Part shown: piece by piece, positions 60,901-64,000 of the stretch
Position numbering within the stretch: position 1 is the stretch's first letter
Layout: every line of letters begins with the position of its first letter
From: an uncultured Paludibacter sp.
GTDB lineage: Bacteria; Bacteroidota; Bacteroidia; Bacteroidales; Paludibacteraceae
Reading direction: 5' to 3'
Assembly: GCA_937927845.1 (NCBI GenBank)
Contig: CALFXE010000200.1
Span: forward strand, 106,047-170,046
DNA length: 64,000 bases
Notes under the pieces: model-generated
Told to the model about the DNA's origin: nothing
The model's input: only the letters and a program-made list of their open reading frames with translations
Databases searched by the model: none
Translations under genes and position numbers: made by a program

Positions 60901-61122
60901 ATCCTGAACACCGTTGATGGCATTCTCCAAGGTGATCAATGTTGATTTTACCAATACGTCTGCACTGGATCCCGGATAGGCAATAAAAATATTTACTGTC
61001 GTTGGCGCAATATCCGGAAATTGCGATGTTGGCAATTGTTTAATTGCCAGGGAACCCATAAAGACAATCATAATCGAAATTACAATCGCAAATACAGGTC
61101 TATGTATAAATTTACTAAACAT
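57928..61122 (-). CDS. RND efflux permease (AcrB/HAE1 family)
   Basis: FIHRPVFA, GIVVDDAIVVVE, KNAVLIVEF, RFRPILMTS. Confidence 0.95.
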   Translation of the reverse strand: MFSKFIHRPVFAIVISIMIVFMGSLAIKQLPTSQFPDIAPTTVNIFIAYPGSSADVLVKSTLITLENAINGVQDMRYMATDATSAGEATLRIIFEPGTDPNQAVVRVKTRVDQVMPLLPELVQREGVVITPIQPSMLMYINLYAKGKNMDEKFLYNYANVKMLPEINRIKGVARSQILGSRTYAMRIWLNPDRMRAYNVSVDEVMKALGEQSIVGRPGRIGQSSGIQAQSLEYVLTYKGRYSEPSEYENVIIRANAEGESIRLKDIGRAELGSEFFDIYSNLDGHPSASIVLKQNYGSNANDVIKQVKAKLEEMKETFPPGLDYKISYDVSKFLDASMEQVIDTLRDAFILVALVVFIFLGDWRSTLIPILAVPVSLIGAFFVIQFFGISINLVTLFALVLAIGIVVDDAIVVVEAVHAKFEEYPHITPYQAVKKVLGEISGAIIAITAVMVSVFVPISFMSGPVGTFYRQFSITMASSIVISALIALTLTPVLCAMLLKNNHGKETKKNLLTKGLDSFNRVFDKMTGKYVTLLKSIVSRRWLTFGVLIAFCAGTFYVNKILPSGFIPSEDQGTIYAIIQTPPGSTLETTNQVSQRLQKICEHVDGVESVSSLAGYEIMTEGRGSNAGTCLINLKEWSDRDHTVTEIMEELEEKTKGLGAKIEFFEPPAIPGFGSSGGFSMRLLDKSTTVDYKDFDKVNKQFMEDLGKRKELTGLFTFFAANYPQYELEIDNQLAMQKGVSIGKAMENLDILIGSTYEQGFIKFERFFKVYVQSDPKFRRLPSDILNLYIKNDHGEMVPYSAFMRLKKTQGPNEITRYNMYNSAAIQGLPAKGYTTAEAIQAVREVAKKSLPKGYDIAWEGLSYDEAGKGNESIYIFLIVLSFVYFVLAAQYESFIIPLAVVFSLPVGVFGSFLLLKLMGLQNDIYAQIGLIMLVGLLGKNAVLIVEFAVQKHHEGATILEAAIEGAKVRFRPILMTSFAFIAGLIPLMVASGAGAIGNRTLGSAALGGMLFGTIFGVIIVPGLYYIFGSFADGRKLIRDEEDSSLSQEFVHQIDNFTKEEENE

Positions 61123-61145
61123 GTTTTCTCTTTTTAGTTATTCGA

Positions 61146-62231
61146 TTACTCTGCATATAGCTCCAAATGCGACATAACATATTCAGGCTTCTCTAATTTG
61201 TAGTTGATTTTTTCATTTTCTTTTACAAGACGTATTCCTTCAAGTAGGACTTTGTCGTTTAGCGACAAACCGTTTTTGATGATGAAAAGATGCGGCAATT
61301 CGGCTCCAATTTCAATCTCTCTTGATCGCAATACATTGTTTTTATCCACTACATACACATACTTTTTGTCAAGTACTTCAAAAGTTGCCTTTTGAGGAAT
61401 CAGGATAGCATTTTTAAGCGGCATTCCCATTTTGATATTACCGGTTTCACCGTGTCGTAACAGTCCTTTAGGGTTAGGAAAAGTTGCTCTGAACGCAATA
61501 TTTCCGGTTTCATTATTGAATTCTCCTTCAATAGTTTCCACCACACCGGAATAGTCAAACAATTTATTGTTTGCCATTAACAGGTTTACTTTTGGCGCAT
61601 TATCGCTTTTTACCTTGGCTTTATAATCCAGATATTCTGCTTCCGGTACATTATAGTACACCCACATCTTACTGTTATCAGACAGGTTTGTCAACAAATC
61701 GCCTTCTTCAACAAGACTTCCCGGTCTTACGTGAAAACGGTCGATGATCCCGTCAAACGGTGCTCTGATTTCGGTAAATCCAAGATGAACCTGAGTTAAC
61801 GCTAATTCGGCTTTCGCTTTATCAAATTTGGCTTTAGCCATAGCCAGCTCATTCGGAGCAACTACATTTTTATCGGCAAGTCGTTTGGTGTTTTTATATT
61901 CAATTTCAGCAAAGCTGGCTTCAGCCGCAGCTTTCTGCGTTTCTGCCTGATACAGTTTAGGCATGATCTGGAATAACAGCTGGCCTTTTTTAACAAACTG
62001 TCCTTCGTCTACATAAATTTTTTCCAGATAACCTCTTTCCTGAGCTCTCAGCTCAATATGACGAATGGAATGAATCTGACTGACATAGTCTTTTGTAATC
62101 AGGGTATCCTTTTGGATGGGATTCGTAACTAAAAATTTTACTTGTTCTTCTTTTTCTTGTTCTTTTTTTGACGTACAGGCAATTGTGCACATCAAGGCAC
62201 ACAACCCCGAGAGCATGAGGATTCTCTTCAT
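61146..62231 (-). CDS. RND efflux periplasmic adaptor (MFP) lipoprotein
   Basis: IA-C lipobox, GYLEKIYVDEGQFVKKGQLLF, IRAPFDG. Confidence 0.93.
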   Translation of the reverse strand: MKRILMLSGLCALMCTIACTSKKEQEKEEQVKFLVTNPIQKDTLITKDYVSQIHSIRHIELRAQERGYLEKIYVDEGQFVKKGQLLFQIMPKLYQAETQKAAAEASFAEIEYKNTKRLADKNVVAPNELAMAKAKFDKAKAELALTQVHLGFTEIRAPFDGIIDRFHVRPGSLVEEGDLLTNLSDNSKMWVYYNVPEAEYLDYKAKVKSDNAPKVNLLMANNKLFDYSGVVETIEGEFNNETGNIAFRATFPNPKGLLRHGETGNIKMGMPLKNAILIPQKATFEVLDKKYVYVVDKNNVLRSREIEIGAELPHLFIIKNGLSLNDKVLLEGIRLVKENEKINYKLEKPEYVMSHLELYAE

Positions 62232-62399
62232 AGTAATTTTGCTTTTAAGCAGTATGGTTTTTATTGATTTTTTTTAGACAGGTCACAGCAAACACGGCCA
62301 GCATTCCTATTGGCATTAACACCAAAGAATGACGGATCGGGCAGTGACAAACTGAAACGGAAATAAAGGGCAATATAGAATTGCCTGTAGTGTATTAAA

Positions 62400-62831
62400 T
62401 CAAATCCTGATTACCCGAAATACAATGTACTTCTTACAAGAGGGCAGAAAAGAAAAATGCTTATCCAGAAAAGATAAGCGTTTGTTTATATCGCGGGAAC
62501 CGATTTCCGGTACCTGAATACATAAAAGGCTGGTAAAGAGTGCACCTGAAGCGATTATTTTTTTTGAGGCAGCTAACTCATTTTCTTCATTCTCATTATC
62601 GTTGTGGTCATGATGAGAATAGGTTTTATTGTTTAGTTTCTCAAAATAGCACAAAGCATAATTGGTCACATCACTTTGTGAACCGGATATGCCTGCTGCC
62701 TGAAACTGCTCAATATTTTTTACAGTCGTATAGTTAATATACTCCCCCTGACCAGCTAGGGCAAAGGATTGCACATATCCGCTCAACAGGAAAATTAACA
62801 GCGATGTAAAAATGCTAACTTTTAACTTCAT
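62400..62831 (-). CDS. Hypothetical protein upstream of the RND operon
   Basis: Signal-like N-terminus, His/acidic linker, hydrophobic-basic C-terminus YIVFRVIRI. Confidence 0.6.
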   Translation of the reverse strand: MKLKVSIFTSLLIFLLSGYVQSFALAGQGEYINYTTVKNIEQFQAAGISGSQSDVTNYALCYFEKLNNKTYSHHDHNDNENEENELAASKKIIASGALFTSLLCIQVPEIGSRDINKRLSFLDKHFSFLPSCKKYIVFRVIRI

Positions 62832-62841
62832 AATACGGCAC

Positions 62842-62871
62842 CAAAATTATACAAAGTTCTTACACCGGCAA
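62842..62871 (-). promoter_or_regulatory. Primary-sigma promoter for 62400..62831 and the RND operon
   Basis: TTG-N19-TAATTTTG on the minus strand. Confidence 0.55.
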
Positions 62872-63025
62872 GCACTATTCACTTTAATAATTTGTTAAAA
62901 TTTTGATGTAACCGTCAAAAAGTAACAAATGCCGTCAAAACGCACTATTACTAAAAAAAGCCCCGTAAAAAGCCTGTTTTACACCTACTCCGCAGGAAAA
63001 AATATAGCCGCCGGGATATTTACAA

Positions 63026-64000
63026 TCAGAGGTCTGTTGCCTGTTCGTATTGATATCCCAATCTGGCAAATTCTTTTTCGAGTTTTATTCTGAGCGCCAG
63101 CGGATGTATAAAAAACACATATTCATCACATTGGGTGTTCACAAACCCCAGCTGGAGATTATAAAAATGGAGTGCCTTGTCAAAGTCTATAAAAACGGTT
63201 CCATAGCTGATGGCCGCTTCCTCCGGATAATCTGATGCAGAAGGCAGGATAACATCGATATCGAAATTTGTTTTCAGACTGTGTTTTATAGCCCATTCCA
63301 AATCCCCTATTTCCTGCTTCCAGTCCATACGCCACAAGAACGGGATGTTATGTTCTTCACAGAGGTAAATGATTTCATACAGCGGGTCATCTTTGTCCTT
63401 TTGCTGATTGGTCATAAGGTGGTGCAGCAAGGCGATATACTCCGGTCCCAGACACATCGGCATGGCTCCCAGTAACGAACAGATCTTTCCGCAGGCGATA
63501 TCTTCCTGTTCCTGCAGATATTGTTTGTTCATCTCAAAAATGACCCGCTCGAGTATTTCAAAATAGCGGATGGCCTTTTTGTACTTTTCCCGCTCTAAAA
63601 TCAGCACCTCATAAGCTTCCGCGTCATATCCATTCTGATCCTGGGTGAATAAAACAGGAGCCAGACGGCCGTCTATCGTTTCTATTAAATCAAAATGGTA
63701 AAAGTCAAAGCTTCCATCCTGTGTTTCTTTGATGATCCCTATCCTCGGGCACGCACCCGGTTCTGCATCCTGCTGCCGGAACTGCCATTGAAAATCACGA
63801 AACCAGATTCTGCTGTCTTCTTCAACCGAATAATAGTTACTGTATTTTTCCCTGATTAACGGCAGGTTTAATATGGATTCCAGAATCTCCCGGCTAACTT
63901 TTTTGTCAAACTGTTTCCGGTACCAGACCATTTCAGAATAGTGCTCCAACAGTTTTTTCCAACGATCTTTCAGAAAAAGCCGGTAGGTTAACGGAGCGTT
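63026..64000 (-). CDS. Hypothetical protein with DUF6630-like C-terminus, 5'-partial
   Basis: Frame is open to the window edge; MDWK...L.F.NTQCDEY.FFI pattern. Confidence 0.65.
   Translation of the reverse strand, partial: NAPLTYRLFLKDRWKKLLEHYSEMVWYRKQFDKKVSREILESILNLPLIREKYSNYYSVEEDSRIWFRDFQWQFRQQDAEPGACPRIGIIKETQDGSFDFYHFDLIETIDGRLAPVLFTQDQNGYDAEAYEVLILEREKYKKAIRYFEILERVIFEMNKQYLQEQEDIACGKICSLLGAMPMCLGPEYIALLHHLMTNQQKDKDDPLYEIIYLCEEHNIPFLWRMDWKQEIGDLEWAIKHSLKTNFDIDVILPSASDYPEEAAISYGTVFIDFDKALHFYNLQLGFVNTQCDEYVFFIHPLALRIKLEKEFARLGYQYEQATDL

Overview
Bacteroidota DNA, most consistent with a Flavobacterium-like genome (T9SS genes, TAnnTTTG promoters). (1) 1-~21050 is one end of a Bacteroidetes conjugative element (ICE). 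It carries a giant SNF2-like helicase gene (5' end outside the window), traF/G/J/K/M/N, three TraI-like paralogues, a C5-cytosine methyltransferase with a second protein nested in its +1 frame, small HTH genes and an IntDOT-like tyrosine integrase next to the 3' end of tRNA-Ser(TGA). (2) 21286-27935 holds core genes (ribB fusion, lptF/G, lolA-like, ftsK, dgkA-like, tpx). (3) ~28100-41614 is a polymorphic toxin locus: a T9SS-sorted beta-propeller, a TcB/SpvB-like YD protein and an RHS toxin, followed by an AT-rich array of candidate immunity genes and decayed RHS/HINT fragments. (4) 42063-48559 has a methyltransferase and a T9SS type-B cargo/PorP/OmpA operon. (5) 49287-64000 has accessory redox/detox genes, an RND efflux operon and hypothetical genes. 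All family calls come from motif recognition by eye; no database searches were run.
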